DNA from: Albugo candida | Lineage: Eukaryota | Length of the DNA: 64,000 nucleotides | Direction of reading: 5' to 3' | NCBI GenBank assembly: GCA_040437565.1 | Contig: JBDOQK010000047.1 | Coordinates: forward strand, 186,001 to 250,000 | In this document: piece after piece, positions 35,192 through 48,700 of the stretch | Layout: each line of letters begins with the position of its first letter | Position numbering within the stretch: position 1 is the first letter of the stretch | Notes under the pieces: model-generated | What the model saw: only the letters and a program-made list of their open reading frames with translations | What the model was told of the DNA's origin: nothing | Databases searched by the model: none | Translations under genes and position numbers: made by a program

Positions 35192-35963
35192 AACACGTGG
35201 ATTGATGTATCGAACTGAATCGAACCGAGCTCTATGAGTATATTGAGTTGTATATCTACCAAGGGGATTTAAAGAAGACTCACTGTGATGGATTTATAAT
35301 GGATCATGTCGATCGAGGGCACCCGGATTGTGGAGTTCTTACCACACACAAAATACTGGAAAAAGATGCGGAAAATGGCGCAAAAGCATGCACTGGTTCT
35401 CGTATAGAAAGCGTCATAAAAGGGAAACGACATCTTCAAGTGAGATCGAATGAGAGAGTGTTTTATGCTTACTTGCCAAATGGACACATTGCAAAAGATA
35501 AAAAAGCTATTGGAACAAAACATGGAGTTTATTGGAGCGGAAAACCTCGAGCAGAGATCCACTCTACAAATGAAATGAGTATTGATTCCAGGATCGAGCG
35601 CTGATTTTGATGATGGTAAGTGCGGAGAGATATATGACAGTCATGAACGGCCAAGTGGGCGTGGAGGTGATGGATTTCCATGTATAGGGGAATTCAAGAT
35701 CCCACCCAATACACCTCCTGGAATGTATGAAGCTGTTTGGTACTGGGAATTTCTGGCTCGATGATGAACATCAGTATGTCGATCAAGCTCAAGCGAGTGG
35801 TTATAGTGGAGCCTCTTATCACTTATGTTTTGAGTTTGAAGTGATCTCTGACAAAGACGAGTCAGAAGGACGCAAGGGTCTCAATTTTGACATTGATGTT
35901 CCTAATGCTAGAGAAAAGAATTGTACACTTTACAGATACATATATGTAACTTTTGCTTACTAA
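35192..35963 (+). pseudogene. frameshifted pseudogene of a secreted H-[ST]-W-I-D-C family protein (putative LPMO-like)
   Basis: Four frame segments concatenate into one coherent protein: (A)NTWID/CIELNRTELYE...HCDGF...RG...YAYLPNGHIAKDK..GTKHGVYWSG / DFDDGKCGE...SGRGGDGFPCIGEFKIP..TPPGMYEAVWYWEF / WLDD..YVDQAQASGYSGASYHLCFEFEV. Frameshifts near 35205, 35595 and 35750. Confidence 0.7.
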
Positions 35964-36043
35964 ACATTAGTAAATGCTCTTCTTTCCTGACTGTACTATT
36001 GCAACGTTTACTTTGTACTCTGACTTATACGTGTGAGATGCTT

Positions 36044-36772
36044 CTAATTGCTCAATGAGTTTGAATGAAAAGTGTATGACGTATATGAGTGCCACGCACA
36101 CTGAGTATCAAAAGTCTGTACGATGCGTACGATTTGAAGCTTGAATCGATGATATGAAGTACAGAGCCAGATGGCGCATCCGTTAGTCAGATGTCGTGCA
36201 AGCAAAAGACTATCGATTTGCTGACAAAGATTCGCAATATGTTGAGATATCTCATTATCAGAATATCTGAGACGCATCGAAGACTTTGAACCGAACGGAT
36301 GTTGCGATACGCTGATAGCTATTGGTAAGGATTGATCGTACAAATTGGAGGTACAAGCTGACAGTGTACCATCTGATGAGTTTGTGAAGCTCGTGTACAG
36401 TAAGAGTGAGGCTACAGCGAGCTTCTTCCAGTCATGAAGGATGAGTTTATTGTTAAGGTATCCACATACTTTGATCAAATGGAACGCATCAACGCAAGCA
36501 GATATGATGACTTTTCTCCTGTACCGACTTGGTGCTGTATTGGATGTCTGAGGTACACAGCAGCATGAATTGCATTCGCAAAATGAATGAAATCTCCGCT
36601 GAATCAAAAAGACTGGTTCAAAAAGAGCTCTATTGCAGTTACCGAGAAACTTTGTATAAAAGTCGGTAGGAAACCCCATAAAGTATCCGGCAGGCCAAAT
36701 ACAAGCGGTATTGCACTTCTGAAAGAACCATCTATTCTCTATTGGTGACTTTGGTGGTGCGCTTGTACTCAT
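36044..36772 (-). CDS. orphan ORF, 242 aa, Cys/Ser-rich; ATG overlaps TTC27 stop (ATGA)
   Basis: 729-nt stop-free frame in moderately AT-rich DNA. The ORF track shows no long plus-strand ORF here. No recognisable domain. Confidence 0.35.
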   Translation of the reverse strand: MSTSAPPKSPIENRWFFQKCNTACIWPAGYFMGFPTDFYTKFLGNCNRALFEPVFLIQRRFHSFCECNSCCCVPQTSNTAPSRYRRKVIISACVDAFHLIKVCGYLNNKLILHDWKKLAVASLLLYTSFTNSSDGTLSACTSNLYDQSLPIAISVSQHPFGSKSSMRLRYSDNEISQHIANLCQQIDSLLLARHLTNGCAIWLCTSYHRFKLQIVRIVQTFDTQCAWHSYTSYTFHSNSLSN

Positions 36773-39232
36773 GGTATTGCTTCAGATGCTAATTGTATAT
36801 CTTGCAGCGCTTCTTCTAGTCGCACACAGATCTCCAAGTGCGGGAAATTGATTTGTGCTTTTTTCAATACACCTCGAAGAAACAAACGGGCCGCATGCAA
36901 AGCCTTTTTTGAAGCTTGGACTTGATAACCAGCAGCTACTTGCAACGCCGCATCACAGACTTTCACCACTTGCTCTTCATCTTTTTCCCAATTTGCTGTT
37001 TGTAATGTACGAGATACCTTCAAACGACATTCAAGCGCCTTCTCTTGCCTGCCGACACCATCATTGAAATGCGCATAAACTTGCCAGAGCTTCGAATTAT
37101 TAGTCGCGACTGACGTAATGCGGCCCAGCAACTTTGCAAGTTCATCCTTGTAATGCGACTGCAGTACTCCTTCATTCTCAAACACGATCGCATTGACCAA
37201 CCAAGCAAGAAGCTCATGATCCACAGGGCGATTGTGTTTTGAACGTAAATCAAGGAGTTGATGTTGTGCGTAGATCGCATCACCGTATTTTCCAATTTCT
37301 ACAGCACACCAAGCTAAATTCTCCCAAATTTGCCACATGAATCGCTTTTGTTTGACCGCTTCCTGGAAGACCGAGAAGGCTTCAGCAAAGTGTTTTTGTG
37401 TCATATGTATGGATCCAATGTTACCCCATGCTTCCGCGTTGTCAGGATCTAGCTGTACGACCCGTGTGAATGACTGCAACCCGAGATTCCAATCGCTTGC
37501 TCGCATGCCCAAAACACCCAAAAGAAACCACGTCTGCATGTGCATCGGATGTATCCGTAGACTCTCTTCAAAGTGTTTGATTGCGGACGGAATATCGTTC
37601 GCTTCAAATGCTGCTCGTCCTAGCGAGCGTTTAGCCCGTGGATATCGGTGCTCAGAAAGCTCCCATGCAGCCTCAAAATGAGACATTTCGCCGGTTAAGT
37701 CTCCCAAACAACACCATAAATAAGGCGTTGGCTCGATCATAATACGTTCACGAACAAGAGCTTCCGCCTTTTTCTGCTGATCCAAAATCCGATAACAAAT
37801 GATCACTTCATCCCAAATTTCCAGCTCTTTGAATAATTCCAACGCACTTGCTGCCGCACCTAACGCAAAGTATCGTTCCGCTAAATCTTTTTTCAGCGCA
37901 AATTGCGGCGGAAATGCTAATGCGTAAACGTGCGCCATACGTTCGATCGCTGGCGTCATATCCTCCAAGGAAGATGGAGTTGCTAGCTGGGTTGAATGTT
38001 GATCCACAAGCGCTTGTATCTGCAAAACGGCACGCTCACGGCGTTTAGAAGTCTGACACTCGAGCCAGGCTCGTTCTAACAGAGCAGTTGCGTGCACCAT
38101 CCAGTTGTTTGGTTGCTCAAGCACACAAGCAATATACGCCATCATTTCTTCACGAGTCAAAATATCGTTCGGATTGTTATTTTTCACGTCCAGACAGAGC
38201 GCCAGTAAAATGATTTGATCGATGACAAGCAGCTCTTCTCGTTCCGGACGTGTGTCATCTTCAAATTGAATCTGTTCCAAAAGAATATTTTCTGGATCTG
38301 CTTGATCCAAAGTGACGACTGCATTTTGGTCGAAATGAGTTTCTGATTGGATAGGCTGCTTTGAGCGCAGCGTCTGATTGGAGCTTGCGAGTAATACCAT
38401 TTGTGCGNNNNNNNNNNNNNNNNNNNNNNNNNNNNNNNNNNNNNNNNNNNNNNNNNNNNNNNNNNNNNNNNNNNNNNNNNNNNNNNNNNNNNNNNNNNNN
38501 NNNNNNNTGATGCGCTAGGGAAGCACGCGCATTCCACCATGATGCTGAAGTGACTTGTCGGACGATTTTCATTACTTCTTCATCACATTGGATGGAGCCG
38601 ATCCAGCTACTTTGACTCCAGTTTCCAACGGCTTGCAGCAAACAGCGTGCTAATAGCAATATCTCCAGCCTTCCACATGTATTATATGGATACTCGCCAT
38701 CTACCTGCAATGCCACACATGCAAAGGAGCGATAGTTTATTGTATCTCTTGCTTTGCTTTCGATGAACGCATTAGAGTATGTCGTAAGAATTTCAAGTTC
38801 ATGCGTAGATAATGCTGGACCAGTGTAGTTGATTTGTGTGAACACATTAAGTAGAGCTATGCCCTGAAGTAAGATTTGATACGATGTGAGTAATGGGAAA
38901 GTCGATCGACGAATGCAATCGTGTGCGAAACAGATGACGTCGTGAACGAAATCTACGCTTCTGGTGGATGACTGAGAGCATATCCAATGTGACTGCAGCA
39001 CTTTGATGTACTTTCCTTCGCATATATACTTGCTTGCCAGGATTATATCGCTGATCATTTTACTTTCTTCCAAGGTAATGAGAGCTATTTGCGATAGTCT
39101 ATCCTTCAGAAGACCGATATGCTGTGCGTCAGATTCCAAAATCGCCCCTTCCATATCGCGTATCAACGAAGGTACGCAGTATTTGCGTTCATCAGCATCG
39201 GATCCTTTTGCGGCCAATGTCGTGTCATCCAT
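36769..39232 (-). CDS. TTC27: tetratricopeptide repeat protein 27 (TTC27/Emw1)
   Basis: FTQINYTGP, LQVDGE, WWNARA, NWMVHATALLERAWLE...RRERAVLQIQAL, WELSEHRYPRAKRSLG and TPR repeats. The middle is interrupted by gap 38408-38507, which has no overlap and hides real coding sequence. Confidence 0.9.
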
Positions 39233-40431
39233 TCGAGTATCAGTAGCTATGTACGTATAGTGTACACGTACTTGATGTGAGGTCTACGTGGATGTAACAA
39301 CACATCAACACAGGTTCATTACATAAGTGACTCAATTATCGCATTTAGAATATCGAATCCTTAGATTTTGGCCAATAACGAACATGAGACAGTACTAGAG
39401 GTCTCACAGCCCAATAATCTGCAGCAAGCAATGAAATCAAAGAACTGATTGAAAGCTTGCATAACTTGAAAGTTGAAGTGTAGAAATTTAGTATAGTGCA
39501 TCATAGTGATATTAAGTGTTATTACAGAAACGGATCTGATACTAGTTCTTGTACTATCGAACGCTTTTTCGGACTACATAGTTGCTTTTAAATTTTGTCA
39601 CTAATTGCAAATTCTTTATGCGACACAAAGAACAATGAGAAATTCTATTTGAACGCTGATTCTCGTCTGTAGCAGCTGCATGAAGAAGAGTGTGACCGCA
39701 TAACTTCATCACAGAGCTATGTGGAGCGATTTTAAATAGCTGTTGTGGCAATTAAAGAGATCAGATGACGTTATGGTGCTTTCGAGAATCCGCTGAGGAA
39801 ACCGTGCACTTCTCAGCTTTGATTGTCGATGTGCCTGATGATCGTGTCTAGTCTGCAAATGGAGCATATTTGATACGCACTTAAGGTATGCTTTCTTGTA
39901 CAATTATATTACAAGCACTAGTAATAATGATATTTGACTGTGTACAGTATACCGTGGTGCTCAGAATTGAGATATAAGTAAGTTGTAGCCCTATAACTTT
40001 TAGTCGAAATAGTATTTGACAAATATAAAGTTATCATTCTCTGGAATGACTCCAAGTGTAATAACTTACATTTTAAAGGCTTTTAACGAAAGAAAGGCAT
40101 AGATGCGAAGAGCCTTTAAGGATAAGTTCAGAATACTAATATAGCAAAATAACTTATATTAATTACAATTATGGGCTGACACTTGACTGCAACTGAACAG
40201 CTACTTCATCTACTGACAATTCTTCAGCTTCATTTCCAAACATCTCGCTTGCATCCATAATGACGTGANNNNNNNNNNNNNNNNNNNNNNNNNNNNNNNN
40301 NNNNNNNNNNNNNNNNNNNNNNNNNNNNNNNNNNNNNNNNNNNNNNNNNNNNNNNNNNNNNNNNNNNNAAATAACTTATATTAATTACAATTATGGGCTG
40401 ACACTTGACTGCAACTGAACAGCTACTTCAT

Positions 40432-41340
40432 CTACTGACAATTCTTCAGCTTCATTTCCAAACATCTCGCTTGCATCCATAATGACGTGATGGGATCATT
40501 GAGAAGATGCGCTTGATGTCCATGAAATGTCGCTATCTGATTGCAGTCGATAATCCAAGCCGCTTGAGTTCCAACCCGGCACGAAGTCCCACTTCTCGTC
40601 GCTCTTCCAATTTCCAGTTGGAAGCTCATCCAGGTGCATTTGCAACATCTCCTTTCTGTACTCAGAATCCTTGAGCTTCACTTCCAGCATGTTCACTTGC
40701 ATCCTCAATGACGTGATGAGGCCATTTTCGGGATGCATTTGGTATCCATGCGCTGTCGCTCCTTGTTCACATTCGTTGTTTCCATCTGCTTCGATTCCAG
40801 TTGCACCTCCTTCGATCGCATCTATTAATGCGAGAGGATTCTCCATATAATGCCTGAAGCTTTTTAAGCAGCGATCTTGACTTGACTGCCTCCGTTTTCA
40901 GCTCCATGTCTTCCTGCATTATACTCTTCATCTTCATTTCGTCCTCTTCGTGTTGTAATTGGTATAAGCGAATCGCCGAATTGCTCACCTTGTCCGTTTC
41001 CTCTGTTTAACACGTGTCTGCTTCATTTCATCCAGTTGTTTCTGTTCCATATAAACTTTCAAGTCTTGGAGCATGGACTTTTACTTGAGCAATTCCAGCT
41101 GAAGCTGCTTATGCTCATCCTTCATTTGCTCCAACTGCACCCCATCTTCTGCGTGGATCTTCAACTCCTCGTCCAGCTTCCTTTGACATATGACGTTGCG
41201 TGTTCGACTAAGTTCCAGTCGCTTGTTTCGTTCTTCTGCAACCGCCTTCAGTTTGCATACTTCACCTTTCACAACTTGAAGCTGATTCGTTCTTTCAACC
41301 AATGCGCGTGACAACCGAAGCGCAAAACTGACTTGAAGTT
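40432..41340 (-). pseudogene. degraded coiled-coil protein gene / repeat-borne ORF remnant
   Basis: E/K/Q/L-rich heptad-like segments continue across an in-frame TAA at 41081 and apparent frameshifts near 41000 and 40845, with no obvious splice sites. Internal ~50-bp duplication TSLRMQVNMLEVKLKD / TSLWMQARCLEMKLKN. The 3' end is shared with the 32819-33039 repeat. Confidence 0.55.
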
Positions 41341-42743
41341 GTATGTAATGGTGTTGCTGGAATCCTGCTTATCTTGATACAGTCAATATCGAGCTGGAAG
41401 CTTTAGTGGTATAAAACGCGATGCCGGGGAAGACGGTAGGTACAACCGAAGAGGAGATTTGTGGTCGATGACTACGTGGCCCTATCAAGCTTCATGAGGA
41501 TCAAGTAAACAGTAGCATATATACACAATCACTACGCTTTCTACCGCGTACTTCACGGCAATCTGTACCCCATCTTGACATCTGATCATCGTACGACCAA
41601 AAGTGAGAGTGTCAAGGAGTTTGATACATCGTATACGATGTCGATGGGACGTGTATGTTGCTGTCTTGCATCTATTCTCCAGCAAATCTCCATATAAAGC
41701 GTCATCCGATCAGCTTATTAAGCTTTTATTGAAAAAATTCGCTACTATGCGTGTCAGTCTAGACGGGAACAATCCGTAAAAATTGCACCACAAGATCGAC
41801 GATACTACCTGCTTGAGTGACAGAAAGCATGGAATGGAGAAAAGGAATCCAGGAAAGCGTGGCTCTGCTTATTGTATCATTATAGTTTCATTGGAAATAG
41901 AAGTCAGTTGCAACAGCGGACTTGTATACAGCACGCAAAGAAGAAATGCCAAAGTTTGCGAATGGCTAGTATCCTTGACCAATTCATCCAGTCCAGCACG
42001 CCATTCTCCTGACAATAGATTGTCGTGGTCAGTCGGATAAACGACAAGTATACTCCAGCCTCGACGAATACATTGAGAAACGTTTCCACCACCTCCGAAA
42101 CGAGACATTGGGATCACAGAGGTACGCTACTTCCATAACCACTTTGTCGAGAGTGTTTTTTATCACGCTTTCTGCTGTACATGTGGCTGTGTCATACAAG
42201 TATTGTTTCTTTTTATGAAACCAGCCAGTGATCCCTATAGAATGGCCAATTTGTGCACAGGTTCATGTCGTCTGTAATCTATCGGTAGAGTTGCGGCATA
42301 CGTAAAGACCATCGGCCACTACCTTTCAATTATATATGATAGAGGTGAAGTGATATCATGCATGTATCTATAGATAAATACACTCAAGCGATCTTTACGA
42401 TTCTATGTCATCGCCAGTTATTAGCACAACAAAGTGCGCAACCTGCGCAAGTCAGTTTATGAAATAGGACAATTCTCAGCGCTGCAAAACTATGTAAACG
42501 TCAAAATGTGTGACTTATTGAGATCTATAGTCGTGTGACGGCATAGTGCTTCCTAAATTCGGTAGACATGCACATACCCATTCGTGAACTTCCTATACAG
42601 GATAGTCTACATGTTGTTGCTGAGTACCACGCTTGTTGGACGGGAAGGGCACTGATAAAGAATTCTTCCGCTACAAGCTCTCTAATATGTAGCGCATATT
42701 CAGTAAATGCGCGCTCTTATTCGCGCCCTCTCTGTAGTGTATC

Positions 42744-45700
42744 ATGCCGCTGCAAACGGATATCGACTCATTGGTTCAGCTACTTGAACAGCATAAAAAT
42801 TCGCATGAAGAACGAAAACCAAGATTGACATCCCATGCAGCATATATAGCACACCAAGTTGAAAATCCCTCCGCTTTATTGCTCGAAGGTTGTGGAACTA
42901 TACTCAGGAAACTACAAAGCATACTTCCCAACATGTTGAAGTTAATTTCCTCTATCGATCCGGAAGTAGCACCAAAAATTTTACGACATCTCTGTAAACT
43001 ATTTATGATAGCACTTGACGAGAATACTTGCCCTCACATCCACCTCGCATTCATAACTCCGTCCTACAAAACAGCAAGATCTGATGAGTTGGAAGGAGAT
43101 CAAGAAAGCTCTGTTCAATTATCGGGCTTTGGCACTTTATATCTCTATCTAGTCTCGTTCTACTGCAACCACACGTACCGACAAGTACGTGGTGATTTAC
43201 TTGCAGTATTGGAGGAATTCGGAATGATATTACAGCAATACGATCCAGCTGCTTTGGCTCACATTCTTGATGATACGCTAATGAATATCCAACAATGCTT
43301 GTTACAAGAAAAGGAACAGGTAAGGCGTGGAAAATGTGTCTTATATCCAACCACGGCAATACATATGTTTCGTACCGCCAATGGTGCGCTGAGTCAAAAT
43401 AACAAAAAACATATTCTATGTGGATGCGACATCAGCGGGAACATGGAAGAAAAAAGGTCACGGGCAAGACAGCTAGAGCAACTTTTACCATCCATAAAGT
43501 TTGCACCCGACGAAAAAGAATCAGAATCACGAGAGTTATGGGAAGCTTACGCGATCACATTGATAAAAAATCATCCAACAGTACTATCTTGTGGTAATAT
43601 CAACAAACGATATGTCTTTGAGACTATCAAAAGAGTGTATCGTTTTGAGCAAAAAAAGCTTGGCAATCGGAGGGTTTACGAAACAACATTGAACTTGTTA
43701 TACGCTGTTTTCAGTGAATTTGTATCATCAGATCAAGCGCTTATAGAGTTTGGATGCTTTTATTTTGGCACCATTGATTGGAAACACAATGTGGATTATG
43801 GAATTACCACACACGTAGCCATTATAACTCAATTAGAACGAAATAGTTGCAATCATTCTGTGAGCCACTTTATATGGAAATCATTCGACAAATGGTTACT
43901 GGAAATGATCGAAAGTGACTTTTTCAAGGAGCCACAGTACCAGGAAACGGCAAAAACATGGATCCGCGTGAGCATAATGTTCTTGCAGCAATACATAGAC
44001 TCGAATGGACCCCTGTCTACAATTGCAAAATATAGATTCACGACTATGGTGGATATCATTCGACCCAGGCTGGACAGTGATGAAGAGTTCTTTCACGAGA
44101 TCGCATGCATCCTTCATCGAACATTTGGAGAGGACAGCACATTTCTAGCCAAATTCATGCGCATTCTGCACACGAGTCTTGCAATCAGTGCGATTGAGTC
44201 AAGAAAACGCAAGCGACAGCTAGTCAAAGAACGTGAAAAAATGTACACGCTTTCACCAACTGAGCAAAATTCAAGCCAAATACATCTCCAATTGGCGAAA
44301 TGGTTTCTGACTCAGCCTGATCAGGGCTCACACAACGCAAGAAATGCGGACGATACATTTCTAGAAGTCTTTCGATTACTTGGGCCACTTTGCTGGTCAC
44401 GAGCTGCGACTTCTTTCCCGGAAACAGAATCAGTCCGAGCATTAATTCTAGACCGCTTTGACAGAGCGACAATCGACCTCTCTAGTGATATCACCGAGAA
44501 AAGATTCCGTCTTGTGCTGATGAATCTGACTCTTCTTCTGTTCCTAGTCGACGACATGCAGCTGCAATCGCGTGCAAATATGTACAGCACGATATTATCG
44601 CTGATACAAACCAGAAAAAGACTTGATCGTGGATACTCAATCGGCACCACATGGAAGGCTATGTGCGAACTGGCGCAGATTTTGCAAAATCTGCCAAAGG
44701 GTGAGATACCATCAATGCCTGCAACTTGCACCACCTATTTACTATTACCATATCTCGTCTGGATGCGATCGAAACCGCTACGAAGCTTGATATCAGAAAA
44801 GTGGGAAGACAGCATACCTCTCAGGGTCTCATGTGGTGGCTGGTCTTTGATATCAGAGTTGAATGTTCAATTCGAGAGCATTCTCTACAGTCCGCTTCTT
44901 ATCATATTTCTTGCACGAGAAGGTGTGGCTTCCGCTGAAGAAGTCGCAGAATATCTCTTGGAACGTATACGATTACTTATGCGTGAGAATGGAAAATTGA
45001 CTCCCGAATTACAAACAGTATTATGCAAGACAGTCTGCGCGGTCGTCTGTTTGACGTATTCAACCAAATACGACACAAAACAAAGCACTACGGCTGGTGT
45101 GATGAGGAGGAGTGGCTGCATACTTTGCCATTCGAATGAAAATTCTCGACTAAACTTTTCCAACTACCAAGTTTTCATCACTTTGATAAAAGACGAGGAT
45201 CAGAAGAAAAGCACTGAGGCTATCATGGCCAGAACGGAGCTTTTGTGTACAATTTTAAGGCATTTGGAAACGTCATTTATGAGCACAGATGACTTGATTA
45301 TTATTATCAACGATTTTTTGCTTGGTTTGTCATGCGAACATAAAGCCGCTCACCGACTTATTATCGCAAGTATTGGGCTATTACCACAATGTTTGACACT
45401 CTTGGATTCGGTATCGATGTCCATTCACCGGGAAGGATTTGGTCCGGAAGTTGTTTCCCTGTTTCGAGATTTGTTGAAAAGTATGGAGAATGAAAATGAT
45501 CAATCAAGACTCCATTTGGTAGTGCGATCCATAGGAGCGATCTGTCGAAATTGTGACAAGTCCAATCAAGCACAAATGGAACTACTACTGCTGTTGATGA
45601 TTCAGCTTGTCATTTTTTGGAGCTATCATCAATGGAGGCCACAAGTCGCTGCGATATTTTACAATGCGATCAAACGGATCGAAAATCATCACAAATTATC

Positions 45701-48700
45701 GTGGAGACGACTTTGCAGGAATTTCCCACAGCAGATCTATGTCCCATTGATTGGAAAATTGCTCAAATATAAAACTGTTTGCGATTTCTTGCACACATTT
45801 CTGAATGACAGCGTTGATCCACGCACATTCTTGCTCGCGAGTGCGCCTCACACGCTGCCAAAATATGTCGCTGAACAAGATGAAGAGCGTTTACATCTAT
45901 TTCAACTCGCCTTGAATGAGTTTCAAGGCACGAAACTTGGCAGCGGAGAATCAGAGGATTCGAATCAAAGCGATGTATCGTCCATTTCCGATATTATTCT
46001 GGCTCAAATCGAGCATATTTTCAAAGAGCTCATTATGCAGCATATAGAGCACGGTGACATTGGCGTCGAAGGCACAGCATGGGAATTCTTATTCCGATAT
46101 TTGCCTCCGAAAACGACAATTCGTGACGTCATTTTCCATTCACCGATCCGAGTGATGAACTTATTGGTGTGGGAATTGGGAGGAGAACGATTCGAGACAG
46201 CCAGACGCGCATTTACCCAAACGCTGAGTTACATGTACCAGGACGGAAGTGGTGAAGAAAGTGAAAGTATTTCAAAAGACGACACCGATCAAGTATTCTA
46301 TCCAATTTCAAGACATTATTTCTTAGCTGTCATGACGGTTCTCAGCACCAAAATTAAGACCAAAGATTGTTTGAATGAATTTGGATCAAGCACCCGACTA
46401 CGTGCAGTTACCTGTGTCGGCCGATTGCTGGAATGCCTCCTTCTCGATAAGCGTGGCTCAAAAACTGCTTTGTATGGAAGAACGAGAGGTCAGTTTGTCG
46501 ATCCATTCGTACCGAAAATTATGGCAACTCTGAAAATCTTATGGATTGACGACGATATAAAGTTGAAAGAGNNNNNNNNNNNNNNNNNNNNNNNNNNNNN
46601 NNNNNNNNNNNNNNNNNNNNNNNNNNNNNNNNNNNNNNNNNNNNNNNNNNNNNNNNNNNNNNNNNNNNNNNCAAAAGACGACACCGATCAAGTATTCTAT
46701 CCAATTTCAAGACATTATTTCTTAGCTGTCATGACGGTTCTCAGCACCAAAATTAAGACCAAAGATTGTTTGAATGAATTTGGATCAAGCACCCGACTAC
46801 GTGCAGTTACCTGTGTCGGCCGATTGCTGGAATGCCTCCTTCTCGATAAGCGTGGCTCAAAAACTGCTTTGTATGGAAGAACGAGAGGTCAGTTTGTCGA
46901 TCCATTCGTACCGAAAATTATGGCAACTCTGAAAATCTTATGGATTGACGACGATATAAAGTTGAAAGAGCATGGAATACGCGCTTGGAGTACGTTTGTA
47001 CAACTGCTTTCGGATAAAGCTTTAGGCTCCAACATTCTAGCGATTCTCGTCAGCACGTTACCGTATCTCGGTATTCAGCCAGAGGAATCAGCGTATAGCA
47101 GCGATACGACGTCGTCTACGAAGAAGGATCAACCTGAGCACGAACAAAGCATCAAGGGAATCGTCGTTGAGCTGTTAGAGTACATATTTGTTGAGAAAAG
47201 AAGCGAGTTACGTAAATCTTTCCCACGTGTGCCACTACTTCCCAAAATCCCGGAATTAAGCAATGTCCATGCGGTCCTTNNNNNNNNNNNNNNNNNNNNN
47301 NNNNNNNNNNNNNNNNNNNNNNNNNNNNNNNNNNNNNNNNNNNNNNNNNNNNNNNNNNNNNNNNNNNNNNNNNNNNNNNATAGCAGCGATACGACGTCGT
47401 CTACGAAGAAGGATCAACCTGAGCACGAACAAAGCATCAAGGGAATCGTCGTTGAGCTGTTAGAGTACATATTTGTTGAGAAAAGAAGCGAGTTACGTAA
47501 ATCTTTCCCACGTGTGCCACTACTTCCCAAAATCCCGGAATTAAGCAATGTCCATGCGGTCCTTCAGGAAGAAATGGGCGATTGCTATTCGAGACCGATT
47601 GAAGAATTGATATCCGATCTCATTGAAATTCTCAGACATTGGGACAGCACCGTTCGCGAGCTTGCTCTCAAGCAAGTGTACCAATGCTTCATCCATCGCC
47701 AAAACGATGTGCAGGGACTGATACAAAGCGACTTTGACCCGTTCATACATGGGACGATTGCTGAGCTGATGGCGACCATATTGAGACTCACAAAGACGGA
47801 AATCAAAACAGAGAATAAGCTTCTTTGCGCAATGTGCCTGGGAGCAATTGGAGCCATTGACGCAGCTCACATGCCAATTCATATGAGTTCCAGTCTTACT
47901 TCTGCAAGCAAACAAACAGGAGAGTACACAACAAAGGAATTAGCATGTGTGTTGATCGAATCTCTTCTCGTGGATGAACTTCGTGCGGCACCTGACAGCA
48001 CAGATTCTTTGGCATTTGCGATACAAGAACTGCTTCGTTTCCTGGGGGAACTCACTACCGACCCAGACGTTCAAAGCTCGAACCAGTCTGGCGAGAAAGG
48101 AGACTTACCTGGATGGATGAAGGATCGATTTGAAAGCAGAAATGTCTTACAATACATCGAGCCGTATTGGTCGACAGGCTACACGCTCTCACTCTCGTCG
48201 GACAACAACGGTCAAGCTCCCGCAGAGTATGACCAAAACTCTACGTTGTACGAAAGATGCGGGAAAACATACGAGGATTGGATCGCGGAATGGTGTAAAC
48301 GACTGATTTATTTATCTCAGCCACCAGAACAAAAGATATTCTGGGCATCTACAGCAGCTGTATCGAGTTGTCCCCAAGTCGCACGGTTTCTACTTCCGTA
48401 TTTGATACAGAATGTCCTGCGCACTGGAAACTCTCAAGTGTATCAAGAAGTGAAGAGAGAGATTTTGTCGGTCATCACAAATCGGAATCAGTACAATGAG
48501 ACCATTTTCACCTCATCTGCACACGCGGAGATTGGAGGTGTTATTTCTCAGAGTCAGTACGAGGACACGTATCCCAATTACGCTTTGGAAACACACAATG
48601 ACAATCATAGTCGTCATCATCAGTGTGCTCAAACTTTGTTTTCCACTTTGGATGAGCTGAATGATTGGGTATGGGCACAAGAGAAGAAGCGAAATCTCAC

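Noticed and set aside
41485..42117. Short ORF fragments upstream of ATR
   Set aside because: No interpretable homology and several stops; left uncalled.
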